A stretch of DNA of 64,000 bases from a virus, in IMG/VR virus record IMGVR_UViG_3300046501_000132, positions 1-64,000 of that record. One strand, given 5' to 3'. How positions within the stretch are numbered: position 1 is the stretch's first letter; each line of letters starts with the position of its first letter. The notes beneath the pieces are model-generated. The model saw only the letters and a program-made list of their open reading frames with translations. It was not told the origin of the DNA and did no database searches. Below are positions 41,387 to 50,250 of this stretch, piece after piece. Made by a program: the position numbers and the translations under genes.

Positions 41387-43054
41387 ATGGCTAAATCATC
41401 ATTTCGCAATTCATTCGCTCGTCTGTTCCTAGGGGCAGAAGTTGAGAATCCGGAACGCGAAGAAGAACAAAAAATCATCGAACGTCAGACACTGGTAGCG
41501 GTCGACAACGATGATGCAGCCGATCTTGTTGATGTAAGTCATTACTATGCTTCTGGTTACACCAACCAACTTGATCTACGGAATCAAGCAGAAGTCATTA
41601 ATGAATATCGCTCTATGTCCGTTCACTCTGAAGTGGACAAGGCAATTGACGATATCATCAACGAAGCTGTTATGTCCGATGCTGATGAGTATCCCGTAGA
41701 AATCAAAATTAAGGAATCTGAAAACGTTTCTGATGAGACGAAAGATAAGATCACCAAAGAGTTTGATTCTTTGATGCGGATGCTTAATTTTGATCTTCGC
41801 TCTTACGAAATTTACAAGCAATTCTATGTGGATGGTAGACTCTACTACCACAAGATCATCGACCCGGATAAGCCTAAGAAGGGTATCTTGAAGTTGGTGA
41901 ATCTCGATCCACGTGCTATCAAGAAGATTAAGGAAATTCAGACCGAGACTGATCCGGCAACTAAGATTGACCGCATTACTGCCTCGCGCTCTTACTTCCT
42001 ATATGACCCAACATTTGCTAACGCTTCCAGTTCTGGAAACGGGAACCGTCTGAGTCTCGGATCGCGCGTGCACCAAGCTCTCGAAATGAGCCTAGATTCG
42101 GTCGCATTCGTTCACAGCGGTATTATCTCGGGTGACTCTGGAAACGTTATCCTAGGCCATCTAGAAAAGGCTAGGAAGCCCCTTAATAACCTGCGTATGC
42201 TAGAGGATGCAGCGGTGATCTACCGGATTACACGCGCGCCTGAACGTCGTATTTTCTATGTGGACGTTGGCTCACTGCCTAAGAAGGGTGCTGAAGAATA
42301 CATGATGAGTCTGATCAATAAATATCGGACTAAATTGGTGTATGATGGTAACACAGGTAAAGTAAAGGGCAATTCTCATCAAGTGTCTATGATGGAAGAC
42401 TACTGGCTGCCTCGTCGTGAGGGCGGTCGTGGTACAGAAATCACCACTCTACCTGCCGGTGAGAACCTGAACCAAATTGAGGACTTGCGTTATTTCCAAA
42501 AGCGTCTTTTGGAAAGCCTGAATGTCCCTAAGTCAAGACTAGAAAATGAAGCGACCATTTCGATTGGTAACCGTGCTACGGAAATCAACCGGGATGAAAT
42601 CAAGTTCAATAAGTTTGTACAGCGCCTACGTCGCCGTTTCAACAACTTATTCATTGATCTACTTCGCACTCAGCTAATCTTGAAGGGCATCACAACTGCT
42701 GATGATTGGGATGAATTCGTTCTACCTCTGCTAACCTTCGAATATGCTTCTGACACATTTGTGAAGGAAGAACAAGAAGCCCAGATCATGGAGAACCGCC
42801 TAGCGGCTCTTGATCAGGCTGATCCGTATGTCGGCAAGTATTTCTCAAAGAAAACTGTTCAACGTAAGATTTTGCGTATGAGTGAGTCAGAAATTGAGGA
42901 TGAACAAAAGCTGATCGACAGTGAAGTGAAGGATGGACACTACATGGACCCCGAAGACCAACGCGACTTCGATGCAGGCATCCATGACAATCAAATCGAC
43001 GCTCAAGTGAAATTGGCCAAGGCGACTCGTCCGCCTGCGCCTCCACGGAAATAA
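41387..43054 (+). CDS. gp20: portal vertex protein
   Basis: YRITRAPERRIFYVDVG, EDYWLPRREGGRGTEITTLP. Confidence 0.97.
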   Translation: MAKSSFRNSFARLFLGAEVENPEREEEQKIIERQTLVAVDNDDAADLVDVSHYYASGYTNQLDLRNQAEVINEYRSMSVHSEVDKAIDDIINEAVMSDADEYPVEIKIKESENVSDETKDKITKEFDSLMRMLNFDLRSYEIYKQFYVDGRLYYHKIIDPDKPKKGILKLVNLDPRAIKKIKEIQTETDPATKIDRITASRSYFLYDPTFANASSSGNGNRLSLGSRVHQALEMSLDSVAFVHSGIISGDSGNVILGHLEKARKPLNNLRMLEDAAVIYRITRAPERRIFYVDVGSLPKKGAEEYMMSLINKYRTKLVYDGNTGKVKGNSHQVSMMEDYWLPRREGGRGTEITTLPAGENLNQIEDLRYFQKRLLESLNVPKSRLENEATISIGNRATEINRDEIKFNKFVQRLRRRFNNLFIDLLRTQLILKGITTADDWDEFVLPLLTFEYASDTFVKEEQEAQIMENRLAALDQADPYVGKYFSKKTVQRKILRMSESEIEDEQKLIDSEVKDGHYMDPEDQRDFDAGIHDNQIDAQVKLAKATRPPAPPRK

Positions 43055-43062
43055 GGACTCAA

Positions 43063-43227
43063 ATGGAAAAGCAAGACATTATCAAATCGTTTCTCTCTAC
43101 AGAAACAACTAAGGTAGATGAAGCTAAGGCGGCGCTGCGCGCCCTGTTGGATGCTCGCGCTGCCCAGTTCCGCGCAGATACGACTAAGTTTGTAGCCAAT
43201 TCTCTCTTTGAATCAAAAGGGGAATAA
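43063..43227 (+). CDS. small prohead core protein, gp67-like (54 aa, MEKQDIIKSF...SLFESKGE)
   Basis: Manual translation; SD AAGGA; position between gp20 and gp21. Confidence 0.65.
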   Translation: MEKQDIIKSFLSTETTKVDEAKAALRALLDARAAQFRADTTKFVANSLFESKGE

Positions 43228-43230
43228 GCC

Positions 43231-43848
43231 ATGATGCTACTGCGCGAATGGGCGCCTAATATGGAAACCTTGACCGAGAATACAGAGTCCGGAAAGGTTC
43301 TATATTTGGAAGGTCCGATGATCATGACCGAAGCGAAAAACCGCAATGGTCGTATCTATGAAAAGGCTATGATGGAAGCGTCTGTAGAATCTTACATGCG
43401 TGACTATGTACAAGCTAACCGTGCTGTGGGTGAATTGAACCACCCCACGTATCCGTTCCCTAATATCAAAGAAGCTGCTGTTTATATTGAATCTCTTCAA
43501 TGGCAGGGCAACAATGTTATTGGTAAAGCACGCGTACTAAATAATATTCACGGACAACAAATTAAATCGCTGGTCGAAGCCGGATTCAAGATGGGCATGT
43601 CGACACGCGGTCTTGGTAATGTAGTTGAACGTTCCGGGACTAAATTTGTTAAAGATTATATGCTGAACGCCATTGATGCGGTGGATATGCCTTCGGGACA
43701 AATCTGCTACATGAACGCTCTACGCGAATCCACAGAGTGGGTCCAAGAAGGCGGTATTTGGGTTGAGAAGGCAAATCAAGAAAAGGCTATGGCTGTGTTC
43801 TTGGAACTGTTCGAACAATACATCCACGATCTAAAGAAGGCTAAATAA
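43231..43848 (+). CDS. gp21: prohead protease
   Basis: KNRNGRIY, GELNHP, GMSTRGLG, DAVDMPS. Confidence 0.93.
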   Translation: MMLLREWAPNMETLTENTESGKVLYLEGPMIMTEAKNRNGRIYEKAMMEASVESYMRDYVQANRAVGELNHPTYPFPNIKEAAVYIESLQWQGNNVIGKARVLNNIHGQQIKSLVEAGFKMGMSTRGLGNVVERSGTKFVKDYMLNAIDAVDMPSGQICYMNALRESTEWVQEGGIWVEKANQEKAMAVFLELFEQYIHDLKKAK

Positions 43849-43849
43849 A

Positions 43850-44305
43850 ATGGGTACATTTGCTAATCTGATGCTGGAAAATGCTGATGAGAAAAAGCGT
43901 CTAGCCTATGCTCATGCGATGGCTCAACACACCAGCGAAAAAGAAGGTGTTGTTCAGCACGTCAACAAGCATAAAGAAACCGGGAAGCATTACGTCAGCG
44001 ATTGGTATGACCATGAAGAAACCGTTGCTAGTTATAGCAAGGGTAAGCTACGTGAATCCACCGAAGTCAATGATATTAGAGAGCGTTCTGAATACGCTGC
44101 TAATCAGCACCTAGCTGCGGCTGCTGGTAAGGCCCATGAACCTGCTAAGGTTGGTGACACAATTCACTACACTAACGATGCTGGACATAAGCAAAAGGAA
44201 ACTGTTGCTCGTGATCTAGGCAATAAGCGTTATGGGGTGATCACCAAGGACGGAAGCAAGTTTTCTGTTCATCACAACCAAATCCATCAGATCGACAGAA
44301 GCTGA
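43850..44305 (+). CDS. putative internal head protein
   Basis: N-terminal MGTFANLMLE resembles a T4 capsid-targeting sequence; lies between gp21 and gp22. Confidence 0.55.
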   Translation: MGTFANLMLENADEKKRLAYAHAMAQHTSEKEGVVQHVNKHKETGKHYVSDWYDHEETVASYSKGKLRESTEVNDIRERSEYAANQHLAAAAGKAHEPAKVGDTIHYTNDAGHKQKETVARDLGNKRYGVITKDGSKFSVHHNQIHQIDRS

Positions 44306-44351
44306 TAGAGCCAATCTAAATAGATATAACCGATATTAAGGAACCACTGAA

Positions 44352-45224
44352 ATGGAACTACTTAAAGCACTATTCGAAAACGCTGAACTACCTACCGACT
44401 TCAAGGAAAAGACAACTACTCTTTTCGAAGCCGCTGTGGATGAGCGTGTTAAGGTTGAACTAGCCACCCTACAAGAATCTTTCGATGTTAAGCTAACAGA
44501 AGCCAAGGAAACTTTCGCTGCTGAAGCTGTTGCTAAGATTGATGCTGTTGTGGAAGCCACCGTCCTAGAATGGGCCAAGGAAAATGCAGTTGCTCTTGAT
44601 TCTGAAGTCAAGGGTCAAATCGCTGAATCTTTCCTACAAGGTCTAAAGGGCGTGTTTGAAAAGGCTGATATTGAACTCAGCGGTGATACGGCGGGTAAGG
44701 AACTAGTTAAGCTACAAGAACAAAATGCTGAACTTGCTAAGCAAGCAGAAGCCGATAAGGCCGCTCTGGTTGAAGCACAGACTCAGCTAGTACAAATTAA
44801 GATCAAGGATATTATCGAACAAGTTACCGAAGGTCTTGCAGATACTCAGGCTCACCGCGTTGCTAAGCTATGCGAAGCCTTTGATTTCAAGTCTGAAGAT
44901 GACTTCCGCGCTAAGGCCGCTCTAGTGGTTGAAGCTGTTGGCGGCATCAAGGGTACTCAGAATGCTGATGGTACGACTATCGCTGTGACTTCTAGCACTG
45001 GTGTTGTTTCCGACAAGGTTACTCCTACCGGCACTGAGAATGAAGACGGCGAACTAGTAACCAAGCCAACAGGCGCGGCTGTTCCTTCTGCTGAAGGTGA
45101 CAATGGAACCCCGAAGGAAAACAAGGGTGACCCGGTACGCGAAGCCTATGAACTAAATCGTGATACGTATGCTCCGCATTTCGAATCCGATCTAGTGGCT
45201 GAAGCTCTGAAGCTGTTCAAGTAA
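44352..45224 (+). CDS. gp22: prohead core scaffold protein
   Basis: FKEKTTTLFEAAV, EWAKEN, AESFLQGLKGVF. Confidence 0.9.
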   Translation: MELLKALFENAELPTDFKEKTTTLFEAAVDERVKVELATLQESFDVKLTEAKETFAAEAVAKIDAVVEATVLEWAKENAVALDSEVKGQIAESFLQGLKGVFEKADIELSGDTAGKELVKLQEQNAELAKQAEADKAALVEAQTQLVQIKIKDIIEQVTEGLADTQAHRVAKLCEAFDFKSEDDFRAKAALVVEAVGGIKGTQNADGTTIAVTSSTGVVSDKVTPTGTENEDGELVTKPTGAAVPSAEGDNGTPKENKGDPVREAYELNRDTYAPHFESDLVAEALKLFK

Positions 45225-45234
45225 TATCTACAGT

Positions 45235-45430
45235 CTAAATAGTTTTGTAGCGAACGGGAAGTTAGGTTCGCACGGGGAGTGAACCTCCCCGCCTATTTGA
45301 GATTCAATCTAACTAAATAGATAGTAGATAGGAATCAAAAGGGAGCGCAAACCTCCCTTTCACAAATTCTTAATTGAGTAATGACTCGATTGGAACCAGA
45401 GGATGGCGTTTGCAAAACATCTTCTAAATA
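45235..45430 (+). promoter_or_regulatory. three tandem CTAAATA late promoters with interspersed hairpins upstream of the major capsid gene
   Basis: CTAAATA at 45235, 45313 and 45424. Confidence 0.7.
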
Positions 45431-45462
45431 TAGTTGTTAGTTAAAACTTTAAGGAAATTCAA

Positions 45463-46758
45463 ATGGCAATCGTCACTGAAGAAATGCTAAACAAGTGGAA
45501 GCCTGTTCTTGAATCTAAGGATTCTCAGACTGCCGCCGAACTTAATCAAACCAAGATTCAAGCCCGTCTTTTGGAAAACCAAGAGAAGTGGTGCCGCGAT
45601 AACCAGCAATTCCTTTTGGAAACTGCTGCTTCTAGCAACGCTACCGGCGCTGCTGTTGCCACTTGGTCTCCGGTTCTAATCAAGATGGCCAAGCGTCTAC
45701 CTCCAATGCTAATCAGCATGGAGTTCTTCGGCGTGCAACCGCTACACACTCCTGACGGCCTAGTGTTCGCTATGCGTTCGCGCTATGGTTCGCAAACTGG
45801 TACTGAAGCTCTGTTCAACGAAGCTAACTCTGCATTCTCTGGTGCGGGTACGCAAGCTGGTACTGTTGCTGGTCTTCCGCAAGACTACGTGACTACTGGC
45901 GACCCGGCTGTTGCTTCTAGCGCTGGTACTGGTATGTCTACTGCTGAAGCTGAAGCTCTTGGTTCTACCAAGACTTGGGCTAAGATGGCTGTTAGCATCG
46001 AAAAGACGACTGTGTCTGCAAAGGCACGTGGTCTATACGCTGACTACACCCACGAACTACGTCAAGACATGCAAGCTGTTCACGGTCAAGACGTGGATTC
46101 GATCCTAAGCGAAATGCTAGTGACCGAAATCCAAGCTGAAATGAACCGCGAGTTCATCCGTACGATGCTTATCGCTGCCAAGTACGGCGCGACTGGCGCT
46201 ACCAAGGCTGGTGTGTTCGACGTTACCGCCGACACCGATGGCCGCTGGATGCTAGAGCGTTGGAAGGGTCTATTGTTCCAAATCGAACTAGACGCTAACG
46301 CTATCGCTATCGACACTAAGCGTGGTAAGGGTAATCGTCTGCTAGTTTCTCCGAACGTCGCTTCTGCCCTAGCTATGGCTGGTGTGCTAGAATACAACCC
46401 GAACCTAGCTACTTCGGTTAAGGTTGACCCGACTGCTTCTACCTTTGCTGGCGTGCTAGCAAACGGTATGCGCGTGCACATCGACCCGTATGCTGACCGT
46501 GAATTCTACTCGGTTGCTTACAAGGGTGCGAACGAAATGGACGCTGGTATTTTCTACAGCCCTTACACTCCGCTTGAAATGTACCGTACCGTTGGTGAAG
46601 ACAACTTCAACCCACGTATGGGCTTCAAGACCCGTTACGCTATCTCGGCTAACCCGTTCTACAAGCTAGACGCTGCTGGCACTCCTGCCACTGGTGGTGG
46701 TCTTGGTCAAGGCGAAAACGGCTTCTTCCGTAAGGCAGTTGTGAAGAACCTATACTAA
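45463..46758 (+). CDS. gp23: major capsid protein
   Basis: GVQP..P.GLVFAMRSRY, ELRQDMQAVHG, RGKGN, FYSPY, GFKTRY. Confidence 0.97.
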   Translation: MAIVTEEMLNKWKPVLESKDSQTAAELNQTKIQARLLENQEKWCRDNQQFLLETAASSNATGAAVATWSPVLIKMAKRLPPMLISMEFFGVQPLHTPDGLVFAMRSRYGSQTGTEALFNEANSAFSGAGTQAGTVAGLPQDYVTTGDPAVASSAGTGMSTAEAEALGSTKTWAKMAVSIEKTTVSAKARGLYADYTHELRQDMQAVHGQDVDSILSEMLVTEIQAEMNREFIRTMLIAAKYGATGATKAGVFDVTADTDGRWMLERWKGLLFQIELDANAIAIDTKRGKGNRLLVSPNVASALAMAGVLEYNPNLATSVKVDPTASTFAGVLANGMRVHIDPYADREFYSVAYKGANEMDAGIFYSPYTPLEMYRTVGEDNFNPRMGFKTRYAISANPFYKLDAAGTPATGGGLGQGENGFFRKAVVKNLY

Positions 46759-46792
46759 TCAAATGGGCTTCGGCCCTTTGATGTAAAGTATG

Positions 46793-46820
46793 AAAGCCTT
46801 GAGAGAAATCTCAAGGCTTT
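46793..46820 (+). terminator. hairpin/terminator after gp23
   Basis: aaagccttgaga-gaaa-tctcaaggcttt. Confidence 0.7.
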
Positions 46821-46852
46821 CTGTTTAATCGAATCTCACTAAAGGAACTAAA

Positions 46853-47164
46853 ATGTCTAAGAGACTCAATCCCCTACTACAAGCTGTTACTACTGTATCT
46901 GCTGGTGCCGGCCTAAGCGTTATTGGTCGTTTGAATGTTCGTACTTACCAAGGCGTTGTTGCTGGTACAGGTACTTTCACTGCGACTGTTAAGATTCAAG
47001 GTTCTAACGACAATGTTAACTGGATCGACCTAACCAGCCTATCTTTGAGCAACACTACATTGACTGCTGGATATACATCCACCGACTCGTATGCATATGT
47101 TCGCGGTAACGTGACTGCTGTAACGGGTACTATCACTGGTATTGATCTAACGTTCTGTGCCTAA
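46853..47164 (+). CDS. small beta-rich virion protein (possible capsid decoration)
   Basis: SD AAGGA; VKIQGSNDNVNW and YAYVR motifs; follows gp23. Confidence 0.65.
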   Translation: MSKRLNPLLQAVTTVSAGAGLSVIGRLNVRTYQGVVAGTGTFTATVKIQGSNDNVNWIDLTSLSLSNTTLTAGYTSTDSYAYVRGNVTAVTGTITGIDLTFCA

Positions 47165-47167
47165 AGC

Positions 47168-47200
47168 AAAAAGCCTCCGGAGAAATCCGGAGGCTTTTTT
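47168..47200. terminator. bidirectional intrinsic terminator
   Basis: aaaaagcctccgga-gaaa-tccggaggcttttt between convergent modules. Confidence 0.9.
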
Positions 47201-47243
47201 GTTACATCGATAGATAAAGATAGGAAGTAAAAGAACCTGCTTC

Positions 47244-48698
47244 CTAGGTACGGGCGCGGTTGCGAACTTCGTCAAACGTTGGGATATATTCCCGTTCGCC
47301 ATCACAGTAGTACATCTTCCATCCATCCGTATCGCGGAAGACGCTGAACCCGTTGCCCGCCACAGTTTCAATCTGACCGTTCACCAATGCAGTATGGGCC
47401 AGGCCGGACAGCGACTTCTTACTGGAGTCAGTCTTGGGTTCCTTCAGGAGATTTACCCAACCCAGTTCCTCATCGTAGCGGGCAGTTGCCTTCATCGAGA
47501 ATGAGAACTCATCGCGGCCAGGACCATGAGTCATACCACCGCCCATACCAAAGGTCAGGTTATCCATCGAGTAATCAGCAGCCAGCAGATTGTCGATGAT
47601 CTGGGGAATACTGATGTGGTTGATACCATCGCCTTGGATAACCCGGAACGAGGGATGCAGAACCTTATACCCTGCGTCGTTCTTGGTCGAACCAACCTTC
47701 TCATCGATCAGACGGATGATTTCAATCGGCTTGGTAAGCGGGTTGCCGGAATCCGGGCGAGCAACCATCACGCCGCCAGAGGCAATAATACGGTCCCTCA
47801 GCTTACCACACAGATATTCACCGACGAAACGCTCATCGTCATAGGTGTCAATCACCACAGACTGGAGAGGAATACCGATACCTCGCTTGGTACGCGCCAC
47901 AGCTTCTTCCAGACGTTCAACCGACATTACAGCAGCGCCCCAGTCATCCTTATTGGCCGCATCTGAGTGTGAGCACATCACACTATGTTCCGTAGCATCA
48001 ACCGAACTAAACACCGGCTTGAACGTCCGGTAGATAGCCTTGATATAGGCGTTGGCTTGCAGGCAGTCAGAACCGGAGAACAGGAATCCGTGGGCGATTG
48101 CCGCAATGATTGCCGAATCGTTACCATCCGCGCCGCGATCACCGAAGTTGTGCAGCTTATACTCCAGCATGCTCATATCGGCCCCAGATTCTTGCATTGC
48201 CGCTTGAATCTTCTTGTAGCAGTAGCGGCTCATCGTGGCTACTGTGGTCATCTTCCACATGATACGCTGCACGACGGTTTCCACGTAGGACACAAGCCAG
48301 AAGAAACGTTCATCCGAGTTTACGATACCCAGGATCGGAGTATTGGGTTTCACCACCGTGCCTTCTTCCACGCCGAACACCTCCAGCGGTAGACGGCCAT
48401 CATACTCATTGGTGATGATTTCCCAGTCAGCTCGGTTGAACTCATAACCATATTGGTTGACTTCAACTTCAGCTTCATCGATCATTTCCTGAGTGATACG
48501 CACGTTTGCCAGAACAGCGGCAACCAGGGAAGCGCCAGCAGACACGATGCGATCGGTATACGACGAAGCCTTGCGCGGCACCACAGTTGAATAGATGAGC
48601 TTCGTGCCCTCGGGATATTCTGCGAAGTGGTGCAATTTATAGCTATCACAAGCGAGGATAAAGTTGCCCGGAACCAGATCATTAACGGATACAGTCAT
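47244..48698 (-). CDS. nadV: nicotinamide phosphoribosyltransferase (ends in TAG)
   Basis: DSYKLHH, LHNFGDRG, ATEHS, VIDTYD, RPDSG, IQGDG, FGMGG. Confidence 0.92.
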   Translation of the reverse strand: MTVSVNDLVPGNFILACDSYKLHHFAEYPEGTKLIYSTVVPRKASSYTDRIVSAGASLVAAVLANVRITQEMIDEAEVEVNQYGYEFNRADWEIITNEYDGRLPLEVFGVEEGTVVKPNTPILGIVNSDERFFWLVSYVETVVQRIMWKMTTVATMSRYCYKKIQAAMQESGADMSMLEYKLHNFGDRGADGNDSAIIAAIAHGFLFSGSDCLQANAYIKAIYRTFKPVFSSVDATEHSVMCSHSDAANKDDWGAAVMSVERLEEAVARTKRGIGIPLQSVVIDTYDDERFVGEYLCGKLRDRIIASGGVMVARPDSGNPLTKPIEIIRLIDEKVGSTKNDAGYKVLHPSFRVIQGDGINHISIPQIIDNLLAADYSMDNLTFGMGGGMTHGPGRDEFSFSMKATARYDEELGWVNLLKEPKTDSSKKSLSGLAHTALVNGQIETVAGNGFSVFRDTDGWKMYYCDGEREYIPTFDEVRNRART

Positions 48699-48723
48699 TT
48701 GTTTCTCTTTTCTCTTTGGTAGA

Positions 48724-49779
48724 TTACTTCAACATTTCCTTGACCATAAAAACGTGGTCATCGTAACTTTCGGTCTGGATATCATCCAGGGCATTGATCT
48801 TGACCCAACGGTGACCAACCGCATCATCAGCCGGGTAGACCTCCGGACGCTCATCGAACATCGCGGTAACATCATACAACACTGCAAGAGTCGCACGCGG
48901 AATACCCAACGAACGGCTAGGGTCATCAAACAGCTTCTCTTTGACTTTACACTTCGCCAGCACGTCAGGCGGAATGTTCAGTCGGGCTTCTTCGTACAAC
49001 TCGCGCTCGGCGGCTTGAGCAAATGTCTCGTTTCGATTCTTGAACCCACCTGCCAGCGCCAGACAACCCTTACCAGGAGCCGCGCCGCGAACGATGAACA
49101 GAATCTCATCTTGCCAACGGACAATTGCGTCACCGCAATTGAAGGTCAGGGTTTCCGGGAAAGGATAGTCCTTGAACCGTTCAGTTTCCCGTTGGTAGAA
49201 GTGCCATTCCTTCTGGAGATTACTATCAATCAACTGTCGATCCATGAAGTCGGCAGTTTCCCGACTGATGAAACCTTGTTCGATGAACCGCAGAAGGAAA
49301 ACATCCGTCTGAAGACCTTCAAACCAAGCTTCCCGCAACCGAGTCGCGCAGAAGTCGGATTCATCGACTTCGGTCAGCGATTGCTTCCACTCCGGGAACA
49401 ACTTGTAGTAGAATGTAGATGCGTCCTTGTCGCAACCATACACCGTCACATCACTCGGATGATCAACATACGGGTGCACCAGTTGCTTCGCACGATCAGC
49501 CCAAGCATCGTTGTCATATGGCTCATCAATCAGCGGGCGATACACGATTCGGACATCACTCAAAATCCGACCATCGACATACGCGGATTGGACATTCGCT
49601 TCGATCATATCCACCGTTTCGTAATACGTGAACGGATTCTTGATTGAAACGCGACGATTGCTCGAACCGATCAGGATCATCACCCGGTCATTCTCACTCG
49701 CGGCCCGGATGATATGATCCATGTGGAACTTGTGAAACCCACGGAACCGTCCGATCACAACACCAACTTTACTTCCCAT
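48724..49779 (-). CDS. natV: bifunctional NMN adenylyltransferase / Nudix hydrolase (NadM-Nudix)
   Basis: GRFRGFHKFH, KNPFT; Nudix box GG..NRNETFAQAAERELYEEA. Confidence 0.9.
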   Translation of the reverse strand: MGSKVGVVIGRFRGFHKFHMDHIIRAASENDRVMILIGSSNRRVSIKNPFTYYETVDMIEANVQSAYVDGRILSDVRIVYRPLIDEPYDNDAWADRAKQLVHPYVDHPSDVTVYGCDKDASTFYYKLFPEWKQSLTEVDESDFCATRLREAWFEGLQTDVFLLRFIEQGFISRETADFMDRQLIDSNLQKEWHFYQRETERFKDYPFPETLTFNCGDAIVRWQDEILFIVRGAAPGKGCLALAGGFKNRNETFAQAAERELYEEARLNIPPDVLAKCKVKEKLFDDPSRSLGIPRATLAVLYDVTAMFDERPEVYPADDAVGHRWVKINALDDIQTESYDDHVFMVKEMLK

Positions 49780-49965
49780 TCACTTCTCCACCGGCAAGTG
49801 ATAATTACAAGCCAAGTTACCTTCTTTGTTAATCACACCCGGCACTACAGTGAAGTAAGTTTGCCGGTACGGATGGTCCTTCGCGGTGGTTCGATAGCAG
49901 TTGGAACAAACATCCTGCTTCTTACCTTGATGATACATTCCATCACACTTCGTTATGTCGGACAT
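49780..49965 (-). CDS. small Cys-containing hypothetical protein
   Basis: MSDITKC...CSNCYR; SD GGAG; promoter upstream. Confidence 0.65.
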   Translation of the reverse strand: MSDITKCDGMYHQGKKQDVCSNCYRTTAKDHPYRQTYFTVVPGVINKEGNLACNYHLPVEK

Positions 49966-49993
49966 TATTATTCTCCAGTCGCATAATACATCT

Positions 49994-50022
49994 ATTATAC
50001 CCGCATTTACATCGTAGGTAAA
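49994..50022 (-). promoter_or_regulatory. early promoter TTTACC-N17-TATAAT for the NAD salvage operon
   Basis: -10 at 49994-49999, -35 at 50017-50022. Confidence 0.75.
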
Positions 50023-50028
50023 GAAAAT

Positions 50029-50052
50029 GCCCCTCAGATTTCTCTGAGGGGC
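50029..50052 (-). terminator. terminator of the tRNA array
   Basis: gcccctcaga-gaaa-tctgaggggc then ATTTT. Confidence 0.8.
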
Positions 50053-50068
50053 TATGAACTACTATGTA

Positions 50069-50161
50069 TGGCGGTATGAGGTAGGATTTGAACCCACGCG
50101 GGAGCTTTCACTCCGTTGGTTTTGGAGACCAATGCCATCGACCGGACTAGGCGACTCACCC
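50069..50161 (-). tRNA. tRNA with CCA (Trp) anticodon on a class II, Ser-like body
   Basis: ttggt-CT CCA AA-accaa; long variable arm; G73; encoded CCA. Confidence 0.75.
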
Positions 50162-50170
50162 TTTGAAACT

Positions 50171-50245
50171 TGGTACTGCGTGCGGGAATTGAACCCGCCT
50201 TACCGGGTTGAAAACCCGATGTCCTAACCGATAGACGAACGCAGT
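50171..50245 (-). tRNA. tRNA-Glu(TTC)
   Basis: Cloverleaf, encoded CCA. Confidence 0.9.
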
Positions 50246-50250
50246 ATATT

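Noticed and set aside
48664-49647. Long plus-strand ORF of 327 aa (also 5781..6710, 22503..23027, 56856..57296)
   Set aside because: Antisense shadows of well-supported genes; no recognisable motifs.
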